Both the position numbers and the translations under genes were made by a program. From the NCBI GenBank assembly GCA_951406725.2, contig OX597817.1:40610001-40674000 (forward strand): a stretch of DNA of 64,000 nt. The letters run 5' to 3'. This DNA is from Octopus vulgaris. Taxonomy: Eukaryota. Shown here piece after piece: positions 13,955-27,434 of this stretch; the stretch's first letter is position 1; each line of letters starts with the position of its first letter. Below the pieces are notes generated by a model that searched no databases, was not told the DNA's origin, and saw only the letters and a program-made list of their open reading frames with translations.

Positions 13955-14380
13955 GCTCTCTTTACTCTTTTACTTGTTTCGGTCATTTGGTTGTGCCCAT
14001 GCTGGAGCAGCACCTTTAGTTGAACAAATTGACCCCAGGACTTATTCTTTGTAAGCCTAGTACTTATTCTGTCGGTCTCTTTTGTCGAACCGCTAAGTTA
14101 CGGGGACGTAAACACACCAGCATCAGTTGTCAAGCGATGTTGGGGGGACAAACACAGACACACAAACATATGCACAAACACATACACATATATATATATA
14201 TATATACATATATACGATAGGCTTCTTTCAGTTTCCATCTAACAAATCCACTCACAAGGCTTTGGTCAGCCCGAGACTATAGCAGAAGACACTTGCCTGA
14301 GGTACCATGCAGTGGGACTGAACCCAGAACCATGTGGTTGGTAAGCAAGCTACTTACAACACAGCCACTCCTACACCTAT
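13955..14380 (-). mobile_element. SINE family A
   Basis: Reverse complement of 8336-8730. Confidence 0.88.
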
Positions 14381-14553
14381 CTAGAGTAGATAAAAGTTGA
14401 CTTTTGTGGGATTTGACTCTTAGAATGTTCAGTAATGTAAGTAAATATCACAAAACATTTAGTTCAGTATCCTACCATTTCTACCACTTCACAAGAATAC
14501 TAATGATTAAATATAACCTAAACAACAAATCTTACAACAAACATATGACTTAC

Positions 14554-14706
14554 AAGTCTTGTCCATGCTGTTAAATTCTGCTCACTTGTGATGCTAAAGT
14601 GAAGAATTAAAGATGGTAAACTCCATATTTGAATCAATGTGTGATCACTTTCATGAGTCTGTGCAGCTAGAGAATTATGTTCTTTACTGTGATGAAGCTT
14701 CATGAT
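14554..14706 (-). CDS. WDR87/97-like exon (IMKLHHSKEHNSLAAQ...LTAWTRL)
   Basis: Acceptor ctttccag, donor gtaagt; 153 nt, phase 0->0. Confidence 0.88.
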
Positions 14707-15002
14707 CTGGAAAGAAAATCCAGTATACCTAACAATTATATGAAGACAAAATAAACATAATAATATCCTTCAAATGATATCAGGGCAAATTTCTTAAAGG
14801 AATATCAGACAAGTCACCTATACCGAGATACATCTCAGCCAACAATAACTCCCTACTTGAATAGGCTATGATACCACAAAACACAACTTAAAAATAACTC
14901 AACAAATTCTGTCAGGTGATGCTATTAAGTAAAACATGGCCTGAGCCAATCTTTGAATAAAACAGATCTAAATTTTATCAAAGTTTTCAAATGTAATGCT
15001 TA

Positions 15003-15392
15003 CTAGCAGTATCGCCTGGTGTTGCTCGGGTTTGTTTCGACCCTTTAGAATTGGAATTTTAGAAAAGTAAAAATTTTGCATTATGTAGCTTGTTATTCTC
15101 TTTAAGTGAACATTTTTCTGGTTGAAATACACCGTAAAATGGTGACACAGCCGTAAAAAAATCGTAAAAAATAGGGATTTTCATAGAAAAAGCACCTTTT
15201 TGATGTAAATAATTTTTGGTGTTAACATGGTTCGATTTGAATTTTTTCTTCTACAGAAGGAAGAGCAAGCCTTCTTCTATCATACTCTCAATTTTGGTCA
15301 ACTTGCGCCACAGGGTCTCGAAGGAGATAGTGCTAGTTGAAGGCTACCAAACCTGCCATACACAGACAACTTCAGCTTTATATATAGAGAGA
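15003..15392 (-). mobile_element. Non-autonomous Helitron
   Basis: Minus strand 5'-TC...subterminal hairpin CCCGAGCAACACCAGG...CTAG-3' inserted between A and T. Confidence 0.8.
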
Positions 15393-18300
15393 TTTATTCA
15401 CATTATTTTCAGTTAAAAATGCATCATCTTGTAGCTTTGAGATTTCAGTGATGTGATTATATATTTTTAGAATGACATTGTTGAGTAGGTGTGAGATGTT
15501 GGATCTGGCTGTTTTGAATATAAATCAGGAAGAATATTTGGGCTGGATATGTCTGGCTTAAATGCTAAAGGATTAAAAAAGATATATAAAGTAGTTTGTA
15601 GATAAAACAAAAATTGAATGGGAAGAAGAGTTAATAGGAATCAAAGCTGGCTGCAGAATTCAGAATCAGACACTCTCTTCTAGAAAACAAAAGCGTGTTT
15701 AGTCATGAGTCAGAGCATGTAGGTTATAATTCTTAATGGTAATATTAATTTAAGATTTGAAAGGTAGTTTAAGAATAACAACATAATGTTAACTAAGGTG
15801 GAGACATAACCCTGAAAGCAGGGTCACATAACCCTTTCACTAAAGGCCTGAAATTTTCAGGGAGGGGACTAGTCGATTACATCAATCCCCATGTTTCACT
15901 GGTACTTAATTTATTAACTCTGAAAGGATGAAAGGCAATGTCAACCTTGGTGGAATTTGAATTCAGAATATAAAGATGGACAAAATGCAGCCAAGCATTT
16001 TGCCTAGCGTCCAAACAATTCTGCCACTTCACTGCCTTAGTCACATTTATAATAAAATTCATTTCACCTGACAGTTTATTCACCCAGTTGGATGAATAAA
16101 TTGCAGGATTAAACCTAAGTCCAAGCCTAGATGAATTTTATTATAATTCTTAATGGTAGGGCAATGAACTGGCAGAATCATTAGCATATCAGACAAAATG
16201 CTTTGTGACATTTCTTTTGTCTTTACATTCTGGGTTCAAATGCTGAAGAGGTTCACTTTGTCTTTTGCCCTTTCAGGATCAATAAAATAAGTACCAGTCA
16301 AGTACTGGAATCAATATAACCAACCAGCCCCATTTCCCAAACAATGCTGGCTTTGGATCAAAATTTGTAAGAATTATAGTTCTTAATGGTAGCTTATATT
16401 TAAAGAATTTATCTTAATCAAGTGCTTCAAGCTACAAATAACCAACAGTTAAGTGGAGCATCTAGACCAGTGACTCTCAAACAATGCACTGTGGTACAAG
16501 GGTACATTGAAGGAATGTCTAAGTGCTCTGTGGAGTTTTAAAGTATGAATTAAAGCTTTAGAAAAATCCATACTAATGACTGAGTACCTTGAAAAATATA
16601 TTATTCATAATTTTGTTATACTCAAGTAGAATTAATAAGCCTCTCTTGTATAGGCACAACACCTGGAATTTTGATGGCAGAACTAATCAATTACAGCAAT
16701 CCCAGCATTCATCATCATCATCATCAATTAACGTCTGTTTTCCATGCTGGCATGGGTTGGAAGGTTTGACTGAGGTCTGGAGAACCAGCAGTTGCACCAG
16801 GCTCCAATCTGATCTGGCAGAGCTTCTACAGTCTGGATGCCCTTCCTAATGCCAACCAATCCGAGAGTGTAGTGGGTACTTTTACATGCCACCGGCATGA
16901 GGGCCAGTCTGGCGGTACTAGCAATGGACACACTCAAATTGAGTTTTTTACATGCCACCAGCACAGGAGCCATTCCAGTGACACTGGTAATGACCTCACT
17001 CGAATGTTTTGTTCATGTGCCAGTAAGGCAACGCTGGTAACGATAATCGGTACTTATTTTGACCCTCAAAAGGATTAAAAGCAAAGTCTACCTTAGTGGA
17101 ATTTGAACTCAGAATGTAAAGACAGAGGAAGTGCTGCTAAGCATTTTACCTAGTGTGTTAACATTTCTGCCAGCTTGTCACCTTAAATAGAATTAATGAT
17201 ACAAAGTAATCAATAGTTTTCTAAGTTTATTTTCACGAAATTTTTAACTGACCACAGTTTTTTATAAACATCCATTTGAAGTGCACCAGTAATTTTGAAC
17301 TTTTCCTACAAAATTCCAGTGTACCATGATGTGAAAAACCATTAAGACTGTCGGAAATTTAATGGATGATTTGTACGCTCTACCACACCTGTCTTACTGT
17401 TTCATGCTACAAATGAAGAGAAATCTATCATCTCATCAATACAACTGCTAGAAATATTAGTCAAATAGCCCTCATATTATATCATATCCTGTTAGCTTAA
17501 AAAACAAAAGCAGGATAGATTTGATAAGTAGTCCTATGTATGGTTACAAGTGGAAGAGAAGAGAGCAACATGATCATAAACCTATTAGAAGAACAGAACG
17601 TAAGGAGATGATGGCCTGGGTGTTGGGGTTTGGGGGGAGTAAGGTGTACAGTGACAGAGATGAAGGTCAGAGGTACATAAGGGTGGGTGCCTATAGTGAG
17701 GAATGACAACAATAGTGGGGTGCATCAGTGGCAGATATGAGAAGGTGTTGAGAATGATAGCAGATATAAGAGAAGTTACAGATGAGGTATGGCAGACCTG
17801 AGATGCAACTCAGAAGAAAAGGAGAGATAATAGAGGGCACAAAAAGGGGGTGGTTGGTGAAAATAGTGTGGGAAGGGACGATAATGAGAATGAGGGATGG
17901 ATGTTAATAGGGAGAGGCTTGAAAGGAAGAAAGAAGTAACTAGTGGTGCAAAAGTGGGATAGGAAGTGAAATATGTGTTGATTCTGCTCTAAAATGATTA
18001 TAACAGTTGAGGCGGGGAACTGGCAGAAACGTTAGCATGCTGGGCGAAATGCACAGAGGTATTTTGTCTGTCTTTACGTTCTGAGTTCAATTTTCCGCCG
18101 AAGTCGACTTTGCCTTTCATCCTTTCGGGGTCGATAAATTAAGTATCAGTTGTGTACTGGGTTCGATCTAATTGACTGGCCCCTGACCCCCCTGCTCAAA
18201 AAAAAAAAAAAAAAAAATTCGGGCCTTGTGCCTAGAGTAGAAAAGGATTAGTGCTATAATTAGAAGAGTGATGGCGGGATGGGTGTTAGGAAGATAAGAT

Positions 18301-18509
18301 GTGCGGAATGCTTGACAGGGTTAGGGTGCAGTATGCTTTTAGGACCTCACTTCTGCTGTGACAGACAGGACTTCTTGAACACAATGATTCACCATCATCT
18401 TAGTCCTTTGTCATCTCATCTGTGAGGCTGAACATGTTGATATCAGCCTTCACTACTTTGTCCCATATCTTCCTAGGTCACTCTTTTCCACAAGTTTCAT
18501 CCACTTTAA

Positions 18510-18730
18510 CCCTTTCGTTACTGTATTTATTTTGAGATGCTCCGTATTTCTTTCAATTACTTTAACTATAACAAATAATTTAGTAAAATAACTTAGTTAT
18601 CATGAAGCTAGTTTCAAGAACTTAAATTGTGAGTAAGGTTTGGTGGAAGATTTTCATTCAAAACTTTTGAAAACAAGACATTTGTACTACAGAGCCAGAG
18701 TCAGTTTCAGCCGGGTTGGTAACGAAAGGA
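18510..18730. mobile_element. piggyBac-type MITE nested in an RTE fragment
   Basis: TTAA TSD; TIR ccctttcgttac/gtaacgaaagga; the RTE 3' sequence (about 18345-18780) rejoins across it. Confidence 0.82.
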
Positions 18731-19090
18731 TTAAAGTGACTGGAACTTCTTTATACTACTATCCTTTATACTCTTCTTTATGACAAGATTGAAGATGAAA
18801 GACTGGTGGATTAATGATGTAGATAGAACTATGTGTTGCCAGCTGCAATTTCATTGCTTGCACTTGGGTCTAAGTTTCTTCTACCAAACCATTAAGTAGA
18901 TTAAATGATTGTACATTTAGGTTTATTACTACAATAAATCGCTATTATGCAAGTAATAGCACATCTCAAAAATGTAATTATATTCTATGTTTTGTGTTGT
19001 CTTAATGATATTTTATAAATGGGAACATAAGCAAATTACTGCAATCATTAGGATATTCTTAGCCATGATATTATCTTAAAAAATACATAC

Positions 19091-19165
19091 AGGACCTTTT
19101 GAAGCCTTTAGTTCCATGTGCTTGATTCCTTTCTTTATTGGATCCATAAATAAAATTCTGCCATC
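19091..19165 (-). CDS. WDR87/97-like exon (DGRILFMDPIRKGIKHMELKASKGP)
   Basis: Acceptor ttaatag, donor gtatgt; 75 nt, phase 0->0. Confidence 0.88.
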
Positions 19166-19522
19166 CTATTAATGAAGAAAGGAAATATATATAAACATTA
19201 GGAACATTAAAGGTATACATATAAAATTATATGCATGTATACACACACACACACACACTTGTATGTATGTATGTATGTATGTATGTATGTATGTATGTAT
19301 GTATGTATGTATGTATGTATGTATGTATGTATGTATGTATGTGTGTGTTGTTATTGTTGACTGTTAATATAATGTTTGAGTGATGCTGATAAAGCTAAAT
19401 TTGAAGCTTTTTTTCTAGTATGCTGCTGTTAAATGTTTTTGTAGAGATATGAAAGAAATTGCTGTCTTATAAACAGTTGCTCAAATTTACATCTGAATGA
19501 ATGGTGCTGGGGAAACTCAGAG

Positions 19523-19885
19523 TAATAATAATGATAATGAATAATAATGAAATTATTGTATACAGTGCTCAGGTGCACCACAACTTGTCAAAAGTGCATA
19601 TAAAGCATATGCAGTAATGTACAAATGTCTGGAAAGTGAACAGTGTATGAGTCAGATGCATGCTTGCATGTGTATGGAGGGGAGAAAATCAGGTGTAGTG
19701 TTGGCAAATATCAGGAAGCATGGAAGTTTTGAAGGATGCAGTGCTATGACAAATAACAACTGATGCCAGCAGTTTGTTCCATGCTTCAGCAACTCTTAGC
19801 ATGAGAAAATGTTTCTGAAAGTCATGGGAGCTGTGCTGTTTTTTGACTTTGTAAACATGTCCACAGGTGTTAGACAGGTGGAGTT
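19523..19885 (-). mobile_element. CR1/L2-type LINE 3' end
   Basis: TCGHVYKV...KHFLMLRVAEAWNKL C-terminal signature; (ATT)n tail. Confidence 0.75.
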
Positions 19886-19940
19886 TGATAATGACATCAT
19901 GAACTATCAAGCTTAAATTCATACACACACATGCACGCAT

Positions 19941-20015
<75 letters not shown>

Positions 20016-20244
20016 TGCTGTTTGGCTAAATGGTTAAGAAACTTGTTTTGCAGCCATAAAGAATCAGGTTTGATCCCCACGGGATGACATCTTGAGAAAA
20101 TACTCTTCTCTAGAACCTCATGTTGACCCATTCCTTGTGGGTGAAACTGAATAAATGGAAACTGTAAGGAAGCCTGCCAGATGGATTATTATACCTGTAA
20201 TTCAAATGATTCAGCTTTGTCACAGAGTGTGTCATGCTGATTCT

Positions 20245-20640
20245 TATTTCTTTACTGCCCACAAGGGGCTACACACAGAGAAGACAAAGAAGGACAAATG
20301 GATTAAGTCGATTATATCGACCCCAGTGCGTATCGACCCCGAAAGGATGAAAAGCAAAGTCGACCTTGGCAGAATTTGAACTCAGAACGTAGCAGCAGAC
20401 GAAATACCTATTTCTTTACTACCCACAAGGGCTAAACACAGAGAGGACAAACAAGGACAGACAGATGGATTAAGTCGATTATATCGACCCCAGTGTGTAA
20501 CTGGTACTTATTTAATCGACCCCAAAAGGATGAAAGGCAAAGTTGACCTTGGCGGAATTTGAACTCAGAACGTAGTGGCAGACGAAATACTGCTAAGCAT
20601 TTCGCTCGGCGTGCTAACATTTCTGCCAGTTTGCTGCCTT
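20245..20640 (-). mobile_element. SINE family B, tandem dimer
   Basis: Two head-to-tail copies joined at gaaatac|ctatttcttt. Confidence 0.85.
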
Positions 20641-21506
20641 ATGTGTCATGCTGATTCTGTATAAGAATTACATTAAGGGTAGACATGTCTGCAGAATGCT
20701 TGCCTACTTACACATTAACTCTTAAATTCCTGAAGTGCTTTCTCTATATAAATCTCTCAATCTTGTTAGAAACTACAGATATTAATGGAAAGCAATTGAT
20801 TGCTCTTGTATGAATTTGGATGAAATTTGTTGACACAATATAATGATTGTTGGTGTACATTGTGAATGTGATTTCTTTTTGTTGCTCATTTTTACTCGTC
20901 ATATCACTTTCACCTACCTAAGTAGGTTGAATATAGCTAAGTTGATTACATGCAGATATTTTCACATATATGTACAAGATATTGATTCCTGTGTATCGAT
21001 TTCCTGTCTCCTCACTGATTTTGCATTCCATAGTCTCTGCATCTTGGAGAATGCACAGCTCCCATTAGAAAAGTTATTCTAAGATGTGCCTTCCTCTCTT
21101 CCATAGATGTAATAAAAGTACTATCACCCTGTTGAAGTACCTTGTAATTTCATCATGCATCCTCACAAAAACTACGCAACAAACTTTGATTCTTAAGTTC
21201 AAAGATTTTCTGGGGCCCACATCACTAACAAAAGAATTGATGCAATGATCAACTACAGAACATGATCATTCCACTTCTGTTCAGAATCAATAAATCTTGG
21301 TATTACTTAGATTGTTAGGGTGTACAGATGACACTTTAGTATCACTCTAATTATTTTCTCCAAGTACAAACTTTCTTTAATTAAATCATTAATAAATAAG
21401 TAAGAATGTAGTGTGTATGCATGAGAGATGCATAAACTTAAACACTCATTTCGAACGAATGACAATAACAACATCAACGGCAAAAAGACCAGAAAACATG
21501 TCAAAC

Positions 21507-21675
21507 CTTCAGTCCCAAGAGTAAGAAATGATCAGAATTGATGGAATCTGTGCTGGATTCTGGAGATATTTCTACTGGAGAAGATAAGAAACCAATTGAT
21601 ATGCATTGACTTATTTCTTCTGAGACAAGGTCAGCAGCTGGTGTAAGAAATGTACCATTATTCGCAACAGATGAG
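21507..21675 (-). CDS. WDR87/97-like exon (SSVANNGTF...SDHFLLLGLK)
   Basis: Acceptor ttaattag, donor gtttga; 169 nt, phase 2->0, open frame; joins to DGRILF. Confidence 0.83.
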
Positions 21676-22103
21676 CTAATTAAAGATAAAAAGAAATTGA
21701 AATAATATATATCAAGTACCAGTTATATGCTGAGGCTGATTATATCAATTTTATTATGTGTAAGACACAATAAATATTTCATTGGCCTACTGTACTGAAT
21801 TTAAATTCTATAGTGAGATCTGAGCCTTGATAGAAGTATTTATACATTGTGGCCCTATTTCAAGCATGTTTTTATCACCTCGTGAAAAAGAATTAATTTT
21901 TGCTCTTCAGCAAGATTAAGTTAAGAGCCTTCATCCAAATTCTTCCTTGGATTTAGTTAAAACAAAATCTGGTACATATATATGCATGAAAACATACATA
22001 TGCTTACATTAGTATAGAGCTATCAACACTATCTCTCTTCATAGGATTAGAACATCAGAAATTCTACAAAACCAATTACAATTGTGTGTGTGTGTTTGTG
22101 TGT

Positions 22104-22199
<96 letters not shown>

Positions 22200-22263
22200 G
22201 AAGCTCCATCTTTGGTTTGGAATGTTTATAGGTAATCAATCCTAGTGCAAAAATCATTTATAT

Positions 22264-22683
22264 AGGCGTAGGAGTGGTTGTGTGGTAAGTAGTTTGCTAA
22301 TGGACCACATGGTTCTGGGTTCAGTCCCACTGCATGGTACCTTGGGTAATTGTCTTCTACTATAGCCTCAGGCCAACCAAAGCCTTGTGAGTGGATTTGG
22401 TAGACGGAAACTGAAAGAAGCCCGTCGTATATATGTATGTGTGTGTATATGTTTGTGTGTCTGTGTTTGTACACCCCCCCCCCCACCAACATCACTCGAC
22501 AACTGATGCTGGTGTGTTTACGTCTCCGTAACTTAGCGGTGCAGCAAAAGAAACTGATAGAATAAGTACTAGGCTTACAAACAATAAGTCCTGGGGTCGA
22601 TTTGCTCGATTAAAGGCAGTGCTCCAGCATGGTCACAGTCAAATGACTGAAACAAGTAAAAGAGAGTAAAGAGAGTAAAAGAG
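22264..22683 (+). mobile_element. SINE family A
   Basis: Full-length copy. Confidence 0.88.
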
Positions 22684-22812
22684 TATTCTTTTATTATTGC
22701 ATTGGTTTCAGCTAGAGGATATTGCCATACTGGGGCATTGCCATTAAAAAGAATGAGCTCCCATGCCAGGAATTGAACTCAGGCCACCTACTTATGCATC
22801 ATGTATACTTAC

Positions 22813-22890
22813 TATTGTTTAGTCTTGGTTAAGATATTTGACTGAATTTTCTTAATATTCCATACAGCCAAACGACATGCTGGATCAGAT
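22813..22890 (-). CDS. WDR87/97-like exon (RSDPACRLAVWNIKKIQSNILTKTKQ)
   Basis: Acceptor atttcag, donor gtaagt; 78 nt, phase 2->2. Confidence 0.85.
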
Positions 22891-23408
22891 CTGAAATCAG
22901 ATATATGTGATCAAATTGAAATAGAAAAATAAACAGTGAAGTAAAAGGTATAAATAATGTTTATAGATTCATCAGAAGACAGTGTATTTAATGCAGATGA
23001 TGATGCCAATGATTACACCTTAGCCTCCATTGTCTCTTCCTTCTCATTGGTAAATATTGCGTCATTTTATCTATATGTATAAGGAGTGCTGTAATTTATG
23101 GTAGATAAACATGGGTAATGAATGTAGAGCTTCAGAGTAGGAAACAGAGAGAATGGAAATGAGAATGGCTTGGTAGAAGAGTATTTTCGAAAGAGAGAGA
23201 GAGGATGACCAACAATGACTTGCAGAGAATGATGGGAGTAGAGCTAGTGATGAATGTTGTGAAAAGAAATGGGATAAGATAGATGAATCCTGTGCTAAGG
23301 ATGGCTGAAATGACTGGATGGGAGGAGAGGTGGAAGGGAATGTGGAAGAAACCAGAAGAGGAAGACTGAGAAAGATAAGATGGTTAAAGATGGTGGTAGT
23401 AGAAACAA

Positions 23409-23645
23409 AGGTGGCGAGCTGGCAGAAACGTTTGCACACCGGGCGAAATGCTTAGCAGTATTTTGTCTGCCGCTATGTTCTGAGTTCAAATTCCGCTGAG
23501 GTCGCCTTTGCCTTTCATCCTTTCGGGGTTGATAAATTAAGCACCAGTTATGCACTGGGGTCGATGTAATCAACATAATCCCTTTGTCTGTCCTTGTTTG
23601 TACCCTCTGTATAGCCCCTTGTGGGCAGTAAAGAAATAAAGAAAT
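23409..23645 (+). mobile_element. SINE family B
   Basis: Full copy with a (AAGAAAT)n tail. Confidence 0.85.
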
Positions 23646-23850
23646 AAGAGATAAAGGTGAAGGGAGATGCAGAGGATAGCACAAAATTGAAAAGTCACTT
23701 GCATGAGGCCTCTAAGACTAATTCCTATTTTAGTATGGAAAATGGCTTTAAAACATTTGTGTTGTTCTTTCTTCTGAGAGGATATTAAAGAAACCTGTAA
23801 AATACCACCAGTTTTAGAAATAAAACATAAATAAGCTGTCATTGTCATAC

Positions 23851-24012
23851 CTTGAAGTATAAATCCACAGTATATCAGTTGAAAGAAGCAAATAGACAAG
23901 ATTCAGGTCTCTACTGTAACAAAATCCTGGAAGTTCTTCAAGGGGTGACAAACATGGAGGAGGAAGAATGGTACACAGCTTTTTGTGACTTTTTTGGGCA
24001 AACAAACGTATA
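23851..24012 (-). CDS. WDR87/97-like exon (SIRLFAQKSHKKLCTILPPP...LWIYTS)
   Basis: Acceptor tttttacag, donor gtatga; 162 nt, phase 2->2; completes GDDG-SIRLF. Confidence 0.92.
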
Positions 24013-24509
24013 CTGTAAAAAATAAATGAACAAATAATGGAACTGGTACAGTTTTGAAAGTATATATATGATCTAAATGAGGCACAATCTAGGTGCATAT
24101 TTTAGGCAGTGTAATAGCAATTGAGTGAAGGTGCATGGCCTAGTGGTGAGGATGTTGCACTTGCAATCACCAGATCATGGGTTCAATTCCCATACTAGGT
24201 GGTGCATTGTTTTCTTGAACAAAACACTTAATTTCACATTGCTCCAATCCCCTTTTTGAACAAGGTGGAATGTTGGCCTTCTTGTTTAGCCGGTGGAGTG
24301 GCACCATTCAAAGGCAAAAATGATGCAAGGCACATTGTGACCACTGATGTGTAACAACATCTGATAGTCTGGTCAATTAAAAAAAATAGCAATAGAAGAA
24401 GAAAAAATATAATCACTATAATAGCTGCTCTTACTGAAAAATAGCTTTCTCTCTGTACAAAAGGCTAGCTGCTATGTAGAGAAGTGTTGGTATCTTCTCA
24501 ATGAATGCC

Positions 24510-25825
24510 AGTGTAGTATGTGATCTACATGCTATTGCAATCTTCAGCAACTTAAATCTAGACTGGCTTATGATAAACATTCAAAGTTTTGTTATAAATT
24601 TACAATTATAATTAGAGGAGTGAGTTAAACTTTTAAAAAATAAAAGAAAAAGAAATTTTTTATTGATTTTTATACAAGAAACATGGATACTGTGACAATT
24701 TGTATACAGCACGGATATCATTTAAAAATGCAATAAAGAGATTTTTCTCATTTGATCTTAAAATCTTCCAACAAATGAAATCTAAATGTAATTGAAATAG
24801 TTTCAATGGAACACCGCTCATTTTTTTGAGAAGACAAATTTTAGTTTCTGGCCACAATCGCTCAATGTTCTGCATATATGTTCCATCTTGACAATTAACA
24901 TAGCTTTGACATTGGAATGGATGTAATATCTATTTAGATTTGAATATACCGGCCATTCATCTGAGTGGATGACAGATCCTGCTTGCACTTCTCTTAGGAT
25001 AATTGGCTCTAGAGTAGCTCTGTCTCTTTTTAGAACATAAAAAAATAGTGACAATCTAAGCCATTTTTAAGTTCGAAAGACCCATGAACCATCTATTCTT
25101 CATCTATGATTTCTATTTTCACAACATCTGCCTCACTGTCAGTTGATTCAGGGCTTTGATCACCAGTAAGATGACCTCGATTATATTTTCTTCTTCCAGC
25201 AAAATGAACCTCATCTATCTGAACAGGATTTTTGATAGTTCCTACCATTTGTCCTCTGTTATTGACAGACACAATTGAGGGGCAGATTTCTCTGCACACA
25301 TTGAACCAGTCGCATATAGTTCTCTTGCTCCTTCCAGTCATTTCTTCAGTTAAATTAAATGGATGATATTTTACAAAATAAAAGACTAGTTCCAAAATTT
25401 CACATAAAGTCAGTTTACAATTGATTTTCCTATTCAATTCAGTGTAATGGAAAAATATATTTCTACAACGCACAGACCTAAATGTTTGGCATACCCTCTT
25501 TGTGCAGCGAAAAACAGGACTGGCTTCTCATCTTATTCTTCATTTTCCCACCATTTCTTCTCCACATTTGCTGCATGGATCAATATCTCGATGTTCATCA
25601 AAGAGTTCATAGTGCTGGAGAAGTTCTATTGCAGCTTCTTCATTTCGAATAACCTGTGTCTAAAATTTTTTTACTCTCATCGGGACTTCTTTCAATTGGC
25701 TCAGGACTAAAAGTTCTTAAATCATAAAAGTTTTTTCGATTTATATACCAAACCAACCAGAAGTCAAGTAAATAGATGAATTTTAAATGTAGATCAAAAA
25801 TTTGGTGTAGATCACAAACTATACC
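24510..25825 (-). mobile_element. Merlin (IS1016/ISXO2-like) DNA transposon, decayed
   Basis: VQIDE..RRKYNRG, IHSDEW and QNIERLW DDE motifs; terminal 20-mers match at 17/20 as inverted repeats. Confidence 0.88.
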
Positions 25826-25871
25826 ACATAGGTTCTCAAAGTGGGCACTTTGAGAACCTATGTGGTATAGT
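25818..25871. repeat. Perfect hairpin with 26-bp arms and a 2-nt loop
   Basis: actataccacataggttctcaaagtg-gg-cactttgagaacctatgtggtatagt. Confidence 0.95.
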
Positions 25872-25932
25872 ATAGTTTACCATTTGAACTAATGTAGATC
25901 ACCAGTAGTGAAATGTGATAACCATTAACAAT

Positions 25933-26334
25933 AGGCACAGAACTGGCTGTGTGGTAGGTAGCTTGCTTACCAACCACATGGTTCCGGGTTCAGTCCCACT
26001 GCGTGGCACCTTGGTCAAGTGTTTTCTACTATAGCCTCGGGCCGACCAAAGCCTTGTGAGTGGATTTGGTAGACAGAAACTGAAAGAAGCTTGTTGTATA
26101 TATTTGTATATATATATGTGTGTGTGTTTGTGTGTCTGTGTTTGTTCCCCCAACATCGCTTGACAACCAATGCTGGTGTTTGTGTCCTTGTAACTTAGCA
26201 GTTTGGCAAAAGAGACTGATAGAAAAAATACTAGGCTTACAAAGAATAAGTCCTAGGGTCAATCTACTCGACTAAAGGTGGTGCTCCAGCATGGCCACAG
26301 TCAAATGACTGAAACAAATAAAAGAGTAAAAGAG
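25933..26334 (+). mobile_element. SINE family A
   Basis: Full-length copy. Confidence 0.88.
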
Positions 26335-26402
26335 AATTGTACCGAAAGACTTCTTAATTTAAGCATTATTTGTTATCTACTCAGAAGCACATTAATGCTT
26401 AC

Positions 26403-26615
26403 CTTCCATCATCTCCGACAGCCAAGAGTCTTGTAGTTTTCGGTGCAGTTCCATATTGTAATGACATGTGTGACACACCAGAGCGCATTAATCCCCAAAA
26501 GTTAACAAAGTAGTTAAGGAACCAAACAGAAATCTCTTCAGCTGTGCATGTGACCAATTGATTTTCATCAGTAAAAAACATCCACATGGGATTATTATTG
26601 CCAGACACAAGAGCG
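26403..26615 (-). CDS. WDR87/97-like exon (ALVSGNNNPMW...TTRLLAVGDDG)
   Basis: Acceptor tttcag, donor gtaagc; 213 nt, phase 2->2. Confidence 0.92.
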
Positions 26616-27061
26616 CTGAAATAAAATATTCTGTGAATTCATTTTATGAACCAATAAGGAAAATACTTTCACCAAAATTGTTTCTTTGAATAATTTAAGC
26701 TTTCATTAAATATAATTGCAATTCTTTAATAAGAATAAAAAAAAAATCTTGGCATAGCTCACTAAAGGTTGGAATAAACTGCAAGAAACTACAACAGATA
26801 AAGAAATGATTGAAGTGAATATGGAAGTAAAACTAATGAATGAAGATGTTGTTGATATGTAGCCCTAGGTAAATTAGCCCTGATCAAGCAGGCCTATGAT
26901 CAAAAGTTTTCCAGCTGTGACTATTCTGTCATTTTATATATTTATGACTACATTGTTCAATATGCCTTCAATTTTTTAAGATGGTAGACTTTCATTGTGG
27001 GGCATTGTCTGCTACTTCTCACAGGTTGAGCAACTAAATAAAGCTCCTTATTAACTTTAAG

Positions 27062-27434
27062 TGTGAGATTCATCAACAGATGCTTGCGTAGTATATTTAA
27101 AATTAGATGGCCCGAACACATAAGCAATATGGAGTTATGGCAAAGAACAAATGAAGTTTCGATTAGGGAGCAAATATTTAAGAAAAAGTGGAAGTGGATT
27201 GGTAGCACAATTAGAAAAGAAACACCAAATGTAGCGAAAAGTGCTTTACAGTGGAAACCGGATGGATATAGAAGGAAAGGTAGGCCTAAGAACTCATGGC
27301 AGAGATCAACACAAAAGGAACTAGAGAAAGTTCATGGCAGAGTATAAATACAGAAGCCAAAAATTATGCGACATGGAATTCAACTATAAGTGGCCTACAC
27401 TCCGCATTGGAGGGTTAAAGGCATAAAGAAGAAG
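27062..27434 (+). mobile_element. RTE LINE 3' fragment
   Basis: FINRCLRSIFKIRWP...WKWIG...GRPKNSW; AAGAAG tail; GTGAGAT repeated at both ends. Confidence 0.85.

Noticed and set aside
20720-21300. Coding-like decayed stretches (also about 39550-40260 and 51445-51880)
   Set aside because: Probably old TE remnants, but I could not recover a diagnostic motif by eye.
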